DNA of 64,000 nt from assembly GCA_037447605.1 (NCBI GenBank), contig CM074814.1, positions 868,001 to 932,000 of the forward strand, read 5' to 3'. The first letter of the stretch is position 1, and the number at the start of each line of letters is the position of its first letter. This stretch comes from Zygnema circumcarinatum SAG 698-1b. Taxonomy: Eukaryota; Plantae; Zygnematophyceae. The notes under the pieces are model-generated. The model was not told the DNA's origin and ran no database searches. It worked only from the letters and a program-made list of their open reading frames with translations. Positions 35,609 through 48,747 of the stretch are shown piece after piece. Position numbers and translations under genes: made by a program.

Positions 35609-37224
35609 CGGCCCCTCCGCGTTTGGCGGGTGGCCAATTCTTGGTCCGTACAGAGGAGCGGACAAACCTGGCCGCGGTCGAGGCGCGGACTATGTGATGT
35701 AACGGACTGTAGGAATTGCTGAAGGTAGTAATTTGATTGCTTATAAGAGGAACCAAAAAGATCTACTTGAGTTGCAGTCATTGAAGAATTGAAAAATTAA
35801 ATGATTGCATGGTCTACCTAAGTGTCGATTGATTCCCGTGTCGTTGTTATTGTCATTTACCAACATGTATTTGCCATTGACTTGTTTGAATGCTGTGACG
35901 AGAAGAGTGACATGGCTTTGTTCGATAGAATCGGGTATCGTGAAGAATGACGAATTGTCCTAGTTATCTCTTTGCCTCAAGGATTTGGTAATTAGAAGTC
36001 ATAAGGAAGCGGTTAGTAGGGCGAGGGTTTGAAAGTTATACACTTCAAGAGTGTCGCGTCACGTCACCGTCACCGTCACGCGGCCATATGGAATCTTCCA
36101 ACGGATAGCGTTCCACGTTAGCATTGTTGTCGCTTATGGTTGGCGAATACAATAACGGGGAAATTCGAGGCTTGGGATACAAATAAAGTAATTACTTTTG
36201 GAATATTTTTACTGACCAGGGTCAAACGAAACCAAAGTTTTGAGCTTGCTTTCTATTGGCTGATGGGCAGATAGAAAGCCGTCTGCGGCTCCTGATTGGC
36301 TGATGTGAGAATGGATGTAATTTTTTTAAAGATACAAATTGGAAAATTTAAAATTAACCACAACATTCTATTTCGGATAGGGAAGGCAAAAATATCTTCA
36401 CTTTCGTGCTCGGTATAGTAACCGTCAATTCTATGTCATCTAGTTTCGACGCGTCGTTTTCTTCCTGAACAAATAACGAACTTCATAACAACCAAGTTCA
36501 ACCACTAGGACGAGCGGCACTCCAAGTGCCTCTGTACAGGGAGTTGCCGTATAGTACGGTCCGTACAAGTGGAGAGATGGATTCCTTTGCTGCGCAGTTC
36601 CGTTGAGCGCGAACGGTTATCTATGTGCTGCAGTTTGAGAAACGGTGGAACTGAGGAGCATGGAGCTTCCGTCAATCCCAGCTTGAGAAGCACTCTCTAC
36701 ACTTCAAGAGTGTTTTAAGTGAGAAGGACTTCGCCATTTATTCTGTAGAAAAGCTGAGAGGGTCCGGACAAGCTGGCCATGGAGCTATTTGAGCACCAAG
36801 CTGGAACCAAAACATGGTGTTTCAAGCCGCAATGGGAATTCAGATCATCTCCTAGAAACCCATTTTTCGTCAACGAAAGCAAACAGAGTGTTTACAAAAG
36901 TCGATACCATCTCAGCCAAGATTGGTCCAAAACGACGCAAGTAGAACTGAAACCTGCCGCGAATTTATAAGTCGAGAGCAGAGACTTTTTCTTCCACATT
37001 GAAACCACGTACAGTACATAGCCCTCGCACTTTCCGGCCAAAACAAATTCCACGTCTAGCCCTCAACAAGTCACCCCCCCGTGCTCATACCACCCTCCAA
37101 TTCTCTGCTAACTACACCTGACATACCCCTTTCATGGGGAGAGACGCAGCCTACCTCTGCCCGTTTTCCTACTATTGCTTGCTAGAAATATTAAAAAAAA
37201 AAAAAGAGAGAGGAATCAAACATT

Positions 37225-37755
37225 TCAGCTTTCTGCCCCACCCACAGGAAAAGGAAAGAGCTTTCTATGCGCCGGATTAGAACTGCTCCCAAAGTCCAAG
37301 ATCTGCTCCACCCCAAGGAACCCCACTACTGCCAAAGCCTCGTCATCCTCTGCAAAGGAGTCTTTGAGCGGTCCGTGGAAGGAGCCCCTCTGCTTCGCTT
37401 CCACCACAGACAGAATCTCTACCCTCCTCGATATCAAGATATCTGTTGCTTGGGAAACTAAGGCATTACAAGGGATGGAGGGAGGGAGCGGCTGCATTAT
37501 GTCACCGAGACGCTCCTCCAGCTGCATGCAGGCAGGGGTCGAGACACACAAAGTATATGAGAAAGATCTTCTGATGGCTTTGATGTACGGGTGACTATTG
37601 TAAGGGCACATATTATATTGTAATATCAAAATAGTAGCATTACAGTATTGCATAGTTTGAGAAAGACGGTAGAAAATGATCATGAAAACGGAACTTAGCA
37701 AATGCTGAAGTTGCGGTGTTTTGTGGCAAATTTTAATGAGATACGTGTGCGTGGG

Positions 37756-37792
<37 letters not shown>

Positions 37793-40700
37793 CGGGAGAG
37801 AGAGAGGAGTACCCTTTTGCAGTTGGATGCATAAACCACTCCTACACACTGGTGCCTGTTGTCCAATATTGGCAATATGTCCACATGAAGGAATAGCCGA
37901 GCTACGTCAGCCACCGTCTGATCAAGTCGACCGACTCGATCGGCGGCAATTGGCACCATTACTGCCTCCACAAGAGAACGGGGTGACACCTGGCACAAGC
38001 AGAATCACCATAAGGCATTCAAAAGAAAACCCCTTCACCAGCTGCTTACGGACATATACGCCATTGGACACCCCATTATAATGTTTGGGTCTGCCTCTCG
38101 GGATGCAATCCCTCAGTTTCTCAAGTCAAACTGAACGTCAGCTGAAAGCCTTCCTCGGTCTAAGCAATATTCGATTCTCCGACCTAAACGAGATAATTCA
38201 TGATGGTATCTCGGAGTCAACAGTACTCCGAGGTTTAGGAAAAGAGTGGAGAGTTGTGACATAGGAGACCTACATGAGCAAGAAACGGAACAGGCTGAAA
38301 CGCTGCCAATGAGAAGTTCTCGACCGCCATGAGCCGTATGAATGCCTGCAGCAAAAGACATAGAAGATAGCACAATAAGCTCACACTCTGCAGAAAAATT
38401 CCAAATCCTATAGTCAGTTTTCATAGCGTATTAACTTAAAACTGCAACCCTTATATCTTCAACCTCATAAGTCAAGGGATAAGACAAAAATGCAATGCCC
38501 TGGGTTCATCGGTTATCCGTTGATCCATGCCTTGCATCCATCTCATGGTCACTTTGCAGATTTTGTAAGCAACAATAAGTTCAGAAAATGCACAATCCAA
38601 CCCAAATTGTTTCCCACCAAAGCAGTTGCATACTCTAGGAATTAGCGCGTCTTTGAATTGGCCGACCTTGTTCCCCCTTGGAGTAAAGCTCGGGTGGCCA
38701 TTCTGCGCTTTCACCAGAGCACTCAAAGTTTTTTTGGCAACCTTCAACTGTTACAGCAACCCATCCCACAAAAAGAAATAGTCGTAGTCATGATTCAGCT
38801 ACTTCTCATCCACAGCACCTTCCAATGCATGAATCTCACATGGCAGATAATGTCAGAGCACTGGGAATTCAATAACAGCGTGCAAAAAAACCCAGAATAA
38901 TTGAATCTCACATGTCCGCAATTTACTGCAGCCTCCATGACAAGCTCATCTGCCTCCAACCTATCCTCCTGCCACACTTGGCCCGAAGCATGAGTGAGGA
39001 GACGTGCTGCAAGGTCCTTAGTGCGAGACAAGTCTCCTCTTTCTGCTAAAGCTCGCATGAGGGCAAGAAACACGTGAGCCCGAGGGCGAAGTTGGGGTTC
39101 CACTTTTGACTTCTCCTCCATTTCAGTCATAAAGCGCATGCCATCTGTGAGACTCATCCGTCCCCATCCCGGGTGCTCATAAGAGATTGTAAACAGCTTG
39201 CCAAAATCGACTTCAGTAAGTAAAAGCATATGAAGGAGTTTCTCCAAATGACAACACGTTTTAAGTTTGTCAAGTGAACTCTGCAGATCTTGGGATGCAA
39301 GATGGTGAGAGTCAATGTTCCATTTGGAGACTTGTAAGTGCAAATCTCTCCCACCAGAAATACATCTTAGTCTTCAGAAAATCCCCAAATTAAGGACAGC
39401 TAGAGCCAATAGCAACTGCAGACACGTGACAAACCATTAACTTTGCTGTATAGTAGATTGGTTCAAGAAACTGGCAGTTGGCCATTGAGATTGTTTTGCA
39501 CGAAGTCCTCCAAGTCAAACACTCTTGACCCAATGTAGAAGTCCAGAAAATAACATTCTAAGTCCCAACAAAATGTCCCTACGCAAAAGTTTGTATCCAA
39601 AAAGTCCTGTACAAGATGATGGAGGAGGGAGAGGTGGAGAGGGAGATGGGAGATGTGGAGGGTCTCACCTTCAGCCCCTCCTGCTTGGATGCACGCATCA
39701 ATGACGGCTGTGTACGCCACTCTATCGATCGTACATGTTTCTGATCTCTTCATTTCCTCAACTAGACTGTGGACTCCTTCCAAGTCGCCATCTTCTGCCA
39801 GACCCTGTGATCGAACAAGGAGAAGGAAATAGACGAAAGTAGAGTTCAGTTGCCTCACTTGCAAAAGAAAAGGCTAACTTTGACAGCTATGCTTTCTTGA
39901 GCAACCGATCAGGAGCCACATACACAATAGACGAAAGCATACAACAGTCACCAGAATGCCATTGAAGGATCAGGTTTGCAAAGAGCTCTATTCGAAAGGA
40001 GAAACAGAAAAGAAATGAGAAGCTTTACCAGCGTTCATAACAAAAATCGCGGCCAAATGCTGTTCCCTCCTATCATCGGAAGAAACAGTTTTCCACCAAG
40101 AACTAAGAAAAGCCTTTTATTTCGGATCGTGAGACCGCATCATGAACACTCCACGTCAAAAACATGTGCCTTTCCAATATCACCAATCTTGAGAAGGATG
40201 AGCTCAACAGACCTTGAGCAAGGTGGTGTAGGTCACCACATCAGGGAGAAGCTCAGACGTTTTCAGTCGCCGAGCCTCCGACTGCAACAAACAATTGCGA
40301 CCACATTCAATGTATTTCAGTCACCACCCGCCCATTCCACCCAAATGCCAAAATATTTTGTCGCCAACGATCATCTCAGCAAAAGTTCAGAACTAACACA
40401 CACTTGGTATATCTCCTGGCAGCACCCAAACTGGGTATATGACGGATAGAAAACGCTCCGTAAGTGCACATCACTCTAAGCAGGATGAATAACTGATCTG
40501 ACATGGCAGATACCTTCATCTCTTCGAGCAAATCGAGAGCAGTCTCAAGATCACGGCCCCGGACAGATGCAAGGATGAGGGAGTTATATGACAGTCTCTG
40601 CAAAGGAAGGCCGAGCAATCGCATCTCCTCCATAACTTTCAATGCCTCAAGCGGATTATCTGACCTTGCATAGCCCTGCATAAAAAACATGACAATTTAG

Positions 40701-42777
40701 CAGCTACGTTACTATATGTCTCGCATATCTTCTTCACACAGCTCAAAGAAAGCCCACGCAGTTGCGCATGTGAATTGCAGGAGCTCGTTAACTGCAAGCA
40801 GATTAGCTCGTCACTTAATAATCCTACATCGACCGGCATGCACTACCTTAATGAGAAGGTTGTAGGTGAAGGTAGATGGACGTGCTCCTTGTCCAAACTT
40901 CCGGTATCTGGACAGAATGCCACGTGCTCGCAATGCATCACCTGCTTCGGCGCATGCATTAATGAGCATGTTTAGATGCACTTCAGTCAGCTGCGGCTTG
41001 CCAGGGGCTCGACCCGTCTCCATGGACTCCAAGAGCTCAAACGCATCATCGAGCCTCTTGTCTTGCCCCAGTCCCTAAATTGCAAAAGGAACAAAACAAG
41101 CATAGATGATGTCCAATTAATCCACAAACAAGGAAAACACAGAAACAAAAGCAGGCTGTCATAATTCTTAGCAATCCAGTCTGCATTAGTAGACCTCGCT
41201 GTGAGCACGGTCCATCAATTCTTTGTAAACATCAATTTAATGTCCTTCCTTTGGATTAACTATAAACCATGCCCATTAATTTTCGTCAAGAATTGTACAG
41301 TGCCTTCTAGCTTGCGTAAACCATTGGTGGACAGGATGACACAGAATATACAGATGTAATTGAACAGATGGAATCCAGCCACTGCTACAAACTAGTGTAA
41401 GTACAGTTCAAAGTGCTTATCTCCTTTCTTGACGCTACCTTGTGAACTGATCCCAATGATGATGCTAGTGAAAATTTTCGAGTTAAAGAAGAACCCAATG
41501 AAAATGCATGCAACTTTGTCAGGGCCTCTGGCTCTTCTTTGAAGTTAGAGGTTTAAGTCTAAACTTAGCATTGAGAATTGAGTTTGAATATTAACTCAAT
41601 AGACTGGTACATTAACATTGAAAATGAAAGGCGGCGAAGCAGGTGGAAAAGAGGAGGAGGAGGAGGAGTCTCTTCACCCACCGTTAAACAACCCAGTGTC
41701 CAGGACAGCATCTTCAAATGCAGCTATCAACAAAAGAAGTATAAGTGGTCTGCATTTCCGAGGTCGCTGCAGGATTCTAATAAGCAGAGGATCAAGCGCA
41801 CACTTACTCACCTTCAGCAATGTTCCATAGGTAATGCCGTCAGCTCCAACACCTCCCGGAGCGATCATTCCATTGAATACCTGGAGTGCTTTATCGACTT
41901 GCCCACAGTTGACGCATGCAGCAAGCACTGCATTCATTGTAATAAGATTAATCTTCGAACCATTTTCCTTGGCAGAGACAAGGACCTCAAATATCTGCAC
42001 CCAACACAACGACTTGGCCTATGTATGAGCTTCATCATTCAGAACGAGGAGAGCAGCAGCAGGTATTGAAAAAGCGATTAGATAAAACCGGCAAGCTTAC
42101 ACACAGCATACCTGATCTAGCTGTCTCATCTTGCCAAGACCGACTATGATCCTTGTCAATTGACGTGCCTCAAGCTCAGCGGCATTCCGCCTCTTCCTCC
42201 AAAAAGGGACAGCTGTTCCACCCTCGGTGACTTCGAATTCCGACTCTTTTTCTCTTCGCAGTCGATCAAATTCACGTCTCTTCCTCACCTGAGCTAGCAG
42301 CTCTCTCGGAGCAGAATCTTTGCTTGACTGCGAAAGGATTTTCCCAGATTCCTGGGCCGCCACAATTGGTTTGCCCGCTGGAAGCTCCCCTGTTGCAGCT
42401 ACTGCAACTGACACTTTCCTCCTTCCAGGGACATCTCGACAATGGTACATAAAACTTCTCTGCAGTTTTAAGTGAATCTGAGAATGAGAAAGAGAAGACT
42501 GATTGCGCAAATTTGCTTCCGTCAAGCCATGCAAAGCATAGTATACAAGAGTGACAATGCTGCCGCGCCTATTGCCCTTTCTTCTGTAAAAATTATCGCT
42601 GCAGCATCCATCATTGTCTCTTTCCTCAGTGGCAGAACTGGAAGGAGAGTAGCCCCAGATTTCGGAACCGCTGAAATTCAGGCAGACAGCAGCCTCTGGG
42701 CTTGAGCTGAGTCGGGACCGCGCAGTGAAGGACAAGACACATGCAGAATGGGAAGGGGAGCAAGCGATTGAAGCCAT
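37225..42777 (-). CDS. CBSPPR1: Pentatricopeptide repeat protein with C-terminal CBS domains (At5g10690-like)
   Basis: Exons 42777-42112, 41994-41812, 41074-40847, 40675-40514, 40281-40213, 39804-39669, 39144-38912, 38747-38667, 38345-38274, 37989-37813, 37521-37225. Motifs NLITMNAVLAACVNCG, GADGITYGTLLK|GLG, PDVVTYTTLLK, LRPRAHVFLALMRALA and CBS-like LPILDNRHQCVGVV. Exon 1 may hide an extra intron. Confidence 0.88.
37756..37806. repeat. (GA)n microsatellite, intronic
   Basis: Seen directly. Confidence 0.85.
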
Positions 42778-43830
42778 AGCCTGTCCCTGCAAGGAAAGCA
42801 AAGCACAGCCCCTCAGCATAATCACAATCCCGCTCCACCATTCCAATAAAAGCCACAGAATGCGCACAATTTACCGACAGGTGTTGCAGAGAAGTAGAAC
42901 AAAGTGCTTATTTCGACACACCACCCAAGCAGAAGCCCAAGAAGCGAGAAGACCAAACCCTAATTATCCCAAGCTCGTCGAGTGGAAGCAAACCTTCAAG
43001 ATGGCCGCAGCAGCATCCAGCCCTAACGACTAACCGCCTCCTCCAACGTCTCGGCTATGGCGGCCGAGACGCACCACAGCCTGACACGTGGCAATGAAGC
43101 GGGGTTTCGATTTGGAGAAGGAGACGAGGCCTAAAACTGAAAACTGTTACGAGGATGAAACGTATCTGCCCGTGAGCAAAAAAATCAATACGCGCGTTCC
43201 TATTGGAGGATACATTGCACTTTCGCCGACGTGGCGCTCAAATCACAGTTTGGATTGAATATGGAAAACTTCGTTAAATTTCGGAAAATTACTTTGGAAA
43301 GCATGAACCTGTTAGAAGGCATGCACATGTGAGTAGATCGGGAAAGTTCGAGGTTGATCCGCTGGTTGATCCTTGTCGGTGGCTGTGTTGAACCTTTGTT
43401 GATTTTTTAGATCAATCCAGTATGATGGTTAGCATGGTGCGAGTTTGTAACACTTGTACCATGCAAGTGTGTAAGCTGAAGCTCCCGTGCTCTTCCCCCT
43501 GTTTCATGCCCAACATGCGCTAGGAACCACGGTCATGCCCAAAACTTGACCCAACTTGATCCACGCCACGAGGTCACGAAAAGCTGTACAGTACTCCGCT
43601 GTCGCCAACATAGCACTCTGATGCTCCTTCTCCTTCGCTTCTTCACGTTGGGGAGGGACTCGCTAGCTCTAACCTAAATAAATTAGCGGAGATAGACGTT
43701 TGCTATACCTTTCTTGCGCTCTCTACCGTACTACTACTACCCACCCGTACTAGAACTGCTTGCAATGTTCTACTGAGAAAAAACACGATGAGAGTCTTTT
43801 GTATCATATGAACTGAACCGCCGTCCAGGG

Positions 43831-46810
43831 CTATGGCATGGCTATGTGTCGCACGTGTTCAGATATTGAATCCAACTCTTCCTCCTCAAGGAGTGCCTGC
43901 ACGCGAGTTGTAAGGTCTGTCACATGCTCGTCGAACGCACCTGCAGCCCTCACATTGTTCCACTCAGTCCAACTCCCACTCACTCATCAATATCCTGGCA
44001 GATGATCAGGACAGGGACCCTGCCCACTGCATTGACGCCATGAAAAATTGAACGCGCGATGGGAACCACCCCCCCAATAAATCTGTGCTTCATCTTCCTT
44101 GCATTCGCTCACCTATCTCTTGCAGTGAAGTTTCCAAGCGAAACAAATACTCCGCGTTTGTTCCGGATGGCCCCTTTGACCGTGCTATTTGTCTGCAGCA
44201 CATACATCTCCACTTGTTCAAACTTTCCCCTTCAACTCGTTCCAGACTACTGAACAGCAGAGTTCGATCCCTCAAATGACTGGGAGCCTCACTCAGTACC
44301 GTATTCAATCCATGCTTTGAGGTCGTTACAGAAGTATCGCAAAAGGCGATCAAACCGGTTTCCTTTGATGCATAAGAAACTTCAATGCAACTAGAATGAA
44401 AATGACGAGTCCGCTGTACCTGGCTATGGATTCCAGAGAAGCAGGGCCCAAGTAGTTAGGGTTTTTCTTCACGTCGGGTGAGCCCACAAATCTGAATCAA
44501 GGGAGTCGGAAATAAGAGAGCAGAATTAGAATGGAGGATAAGAATGCAGTAAAGACTAGGGCAGCATCAGCTTCAAACTCATCTCCAGAGATATATATAT
44601 TAAATGCAGGAACAAATGCGAATGGCAACTCTTTGCGGCCTCAACAAAGCGTATATAAGGTGTTTGCCAAATGAAGTCCGGGAGTCGAAAAAGCTCAGTA
44701 TCTTACACAAGGACACCTCTGATTTCAGGTTCCGCTCCTGATTCATCCTGCATTCCCAGAAATGTAATGATCAAGGTAACTCAAACTGTGAGAAGGACAG
44801 CCTTGCCATCCACTTTCAGAAGCCAGAAACAATCTGCCATTCTCTGTCTGTATCGGTCAACAAAAACTCAGCATTTTTCATCGATCAGTTCTCCAGCTGA
44901 GCACTATTCCAAAGCAACGGGCTGAGCAGATACATCGTTGCATTTGTAACACCTGAAGATGTACGTTCGCTATCTATTTTCAACAAGAAAGGTGGCAGGA
45001 AAAGGAAGGAAAATACACTGAAAACATTCCTTATGGAAACTGTCTGGAGCACAATACCGTATAGAAGTCTGCGTAGAGACGCTCGTCATACTGCTTTTCA
45101 CGTACTTGTAAATACTGCCCGGAAAATCGACCCTCAAAGGAAGAAAAATGAGTGCCCCCCAGACCAATAAATCGAACTAAATAAATTTGGCGGATTGAAA
45201 AACGAGATATGACTTCAAACCTAACAGCAGAGCCCAATTGATCGCATAAAAGGACGAGAGCCACTGCGCATGGAACACCTTGCAGCCTGACTGTTATTTT
45301 GGGAAAACGGAGCGCACTGAGATGGCGGTCTGCTCGGCATCAACTCCTCCCTCTATGCAGTAGGCCGCTCCCCACTGCACATTCCAGTAATCCAACGCAG
45401 AACTTACGCTATAAAAATGTGGATTCCTCGATAGAAAGAAATACAAGACAAGTCATTCTCACAGTTCATAAAATCGCTCACTACATTCCAAACGTGAGAA
45501 CATACGGGAAGACAAGGTTTATTTGGATTGGGAAAGGAGCAACCGGAGCTCCTCGGTAAAATTCTCTCTGCAGCTAAAGTCTGATGGAGCCTTTACAGTC
45601 AGCTAACCAGCCATCCTTTGGTAGGAGCGTTTGAAGGGGTACACTCTCTCAGAATACTGTGGCGCAAGATAATGATTGAAAAAATATAGTTTAATGACTA
45701 AATTTGAAACATGCCATGAATTGTTTAAGCTCTTTGACATGGCAAGCCTTCAACAACACAAGGCAGGTACGCTGCTGTGTTCTCATGAGTTGCCTCGCCC
45801 TCTATTCCTCAAAAGCAGGCTGTCCTCGTAGGTTCATTAGAAGAAGAAAATGGAATAGCGAAGCCAAAGTCCTTTTCGAACAAAAAATTACCAAGCTTTC
45901 GACTCCGTTTCAGGGCAAATGAGGGCAAAAACAGACTCACAGTCACTGCATGAGGAGAGTACTCAAGAGTAACTGTACGACCAGGTGCCTCTGGAGTCCC
46001 GCGATGGTCGGTGCTTCCTGTGGATGAAAAGCCACATTCGTATTGACAGAGAATAATACACTAGTGAACAACCTAAAGTGAATTTATACATAAGGTTCTG
46101 CCAGACTATAGATGCCACGGCATAAGTGTTTGCTTGAGAATGTTTGCAGGTATTCTCAATTGCAGCGAGCAGGTGGAAGGGACATTGGATGAATTGCTCG
46201 TCTAGTTTTCATCATCGTTCTCCAACGAGGAAGCTTGTGCAAAATACAGATGACATCCAGAAAGCGCTAGTCAACAAAGAATGCTCGGAATCTTATGCCT
46301 TATAATTAACATTGTGAGCGAAATAGTGCAGATAAACGCTTGTGAGTTGCGAATCCCCGTGACAGCTCTTTGCCCTCGCTCTTTAACTGCGTTTCAAGAG
46401 TCCTTAGGGCTTGCCAGAGGGAATACTTGGAGTAAATCAGTCTGATCGCATGAGGAGCATCGCTCTCTCTTGCAAACGTGGAAGCTTCATTTTCTTGAAG
46501 TGCCCGCATTGGGAGGTACCAATGTAGTGCTAGTTCCTTATGGGTCTCCCATCAGCTTAAAACAGATGATGCATTTCCAAAGTAGCAGCTGTAATGTACT
46601 ATTGAGACGAACTGGATCACATCGAGCGAATGTGGATTTTGGGGCAGGCCGATTTCTCATCTACTCTAGACAATTAAAAATACCGCTGGTTATTCAAATA
46701 CCTTGATAAAAGACTCGCCGGTAATCGCGAATGTAGCCGATAACGCGGCGATCATGCTCGAAGCCCGCCTTCCAAATGAGGGAGCCATAGCCAAAAATCC
46801 AAAGCACCAT
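43831..46810 (-). CDS. GGCT2: ChaC-family gamma-glutamylcyclotransferase (glutathione-degrading, GGCT2-like)
   Basis: Eight small exons: 46810-46702, 46017-45941, 45374-45318, 45114-45058, 44747-44707, 44491-44420, 44192-44113, 43940-43831. They give MVLWIFGYGSLIWKAGF...FYQGSTDHRGTPEAPGRTVTLE...WGAAY...YLQVREKQYD...NPNYLGPA...GPSGTNAEYLF. Mostly invisible in the ORF track. Confidence 0.92.
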
Positions 46811-47929
46811 GGCGACAGTCTTCCTAAACAAAAAAACTCCTCTTCTAACTCTGCAGAAGGACGCAGAGGGAGGGGAAAGAATTTTCGGAAAATTCTTCTA
46901 GGTGGAAAATCCTCAGCAACCTAAAAATTTCAAAGTCTCTGCTGTGGATGGGCTGCTAGCTGCAGAGAACGCTAGAACAAGTGATGTGGCATTGATCTCA
47001 CGATGGCGATGCCATCAAATGTCCATGGACAAAATCATCATGGGGAACCACGAAGAACTGGTCACAAAGGACCTAAGCACAAACGAAAAAAGCTAGGAGC
47101 TGAAAGCTACGCCTAGGCTCAACAACGCAGCCCCCTCCCTCGAAGCAGCCGCGAAGGTCGCAGATGTGTGGCACATCACACCGCGCGGAGGGAGGGAGGG
47201 AGCGGCAGAAGGCCACCGCCACACTCTGTTACCAACAACTACAGCTTCTCGTCGAAGGAGAAAAGAGTAGAACAGAACAGGTCAGCACTGAAGGGGATTT
47301 CAGCTCCTGCATCGGAAATGCTCGTGGTTCTGAATGGCACAGTATCGTATTTCAATATTGCGATGCGATACATTACGATACGGTATAACCGTTCATGTGA
47401 ATGTATCCGTCCGCATCGGCGATACAGGGCATGAATACGCAGTACAGTATCGTTTGGAATTGCGGATGCATTGAAGGGCCATGGAGAGTTGGTTCCGGCG
47501 ATGTGCAATCGCTTCATGTGGAGGTGGCACATGCCATCCATGGCGGAGGCTATGGCCGCCAGGGAGCAAGGGAAGGAGACGGTGGGACTTGGGAGCCTTC
47601 TGGGAAGCTTGAGGGGAATTTGCTGGCCAATGGTTGGCTGGGTAATGTCTTACAACCATTGGCAATTCTTGATTGGATCCGCCAAGAAATGATTGCAACT
47701 AGTTCTATTGACAAATAGTTGTCAGCCACCGATCCACTAGGTGCAACCATGCCATTATCATTGGGCGATGGTTCGACCTGTGCATCTTCGTTCCTAGCCC
47801 ATTTGTTTGTTGTCTTTCTCCATGTGCATTTCATGCCATCGCCATCCAAATGTCAATGCCAATTCCGACAAATCTCCCTCGATAACGACTATTGATCTGT
47901 CCTGAAGCCCCTTGTCCTGTGATGACCTG

Positions 47930-48626
47930 GCACCCGATGATTGGCTGGGTCCCAACCGCCAAATACCGCGATTGGCTCCGTGGAACCCGGAGCCAATCGG
48001 GGGGTCCCTCGCTTGCCGGTCGTTACTCGCCGGCCGCAGCCCGGCCGCCGCGTGGCGCCCATCTTGACGCTTGGCGCAGGGGAGTCCGCCACGTGGCCGC
48101 ACAGGGAGGCGAGGTTGCTGCTGCTGCCAAGTGTTGATTTTTTCCTTCTGCCGACATTCCCACGTGCGAGGAACGACGGCGATGACCGTCTGCTTTTGGT
48201 CGCGCTTTTGCTTTCCACGGGCAGGAACCGGAATGTTTTCAGATCTACCCGGATATAATTAAATTCATTTCGAAAGCTGCCCGAGACAACCGCTTGTTTC
48301 TGCCCCAAACGGGCCGTCCCCCAACCGACGACACCTAGAGCAATTTTTTCCGAATTTGCATCTTTTCGGATCAGGAGATGTAAAATCTTTCCGCGGACCG
48401 AAAAAGACGTTCAACGGTCGGTCGGTGGAAGATATTTGCCATTGTCTATGTCTCGACGATGCTCGTACAATTATCGTACGAAAATCCGTACACGTACGTA
48501 CGGAGTGTGGGGGAAGGCTTGCCCCTTATATGGGGCAGAGGGAGCCCCATCGTGATCGTCCGTCTTCAGTCAGTCTCTCTCCTGCAGGGCCTCCAGAGAG
48601 GTCCGCTGCGCCTGCATTTAGGGTTT
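47930..48626 (+). promoter_or_regulatory. Putative GWD promoter/5' region, in the divergent ChaC-GWD intergenic segment
   Basis: CCAAT/ATTGG boxes near 47940-47997, palindromic G-box GCCACGTGGC at 48088-48097, TATA-like TTATAT near 48526-48531, telo-box TAGGGTTT at 48619-48626. Motif matches only. Confidence 0.4.
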
Positions 48627-48747
48627 CAGGGCTGAATTTGGGGTCTGTTGGTTGTAGTATTAGCAGGACAGAGTGCTGCACAAACGTGTCTGTTTCTGGT
48701 GGCTGAAAAGGCGGAGCTTTATCTGTTGTTGAGGGCTTGATTCAGTT

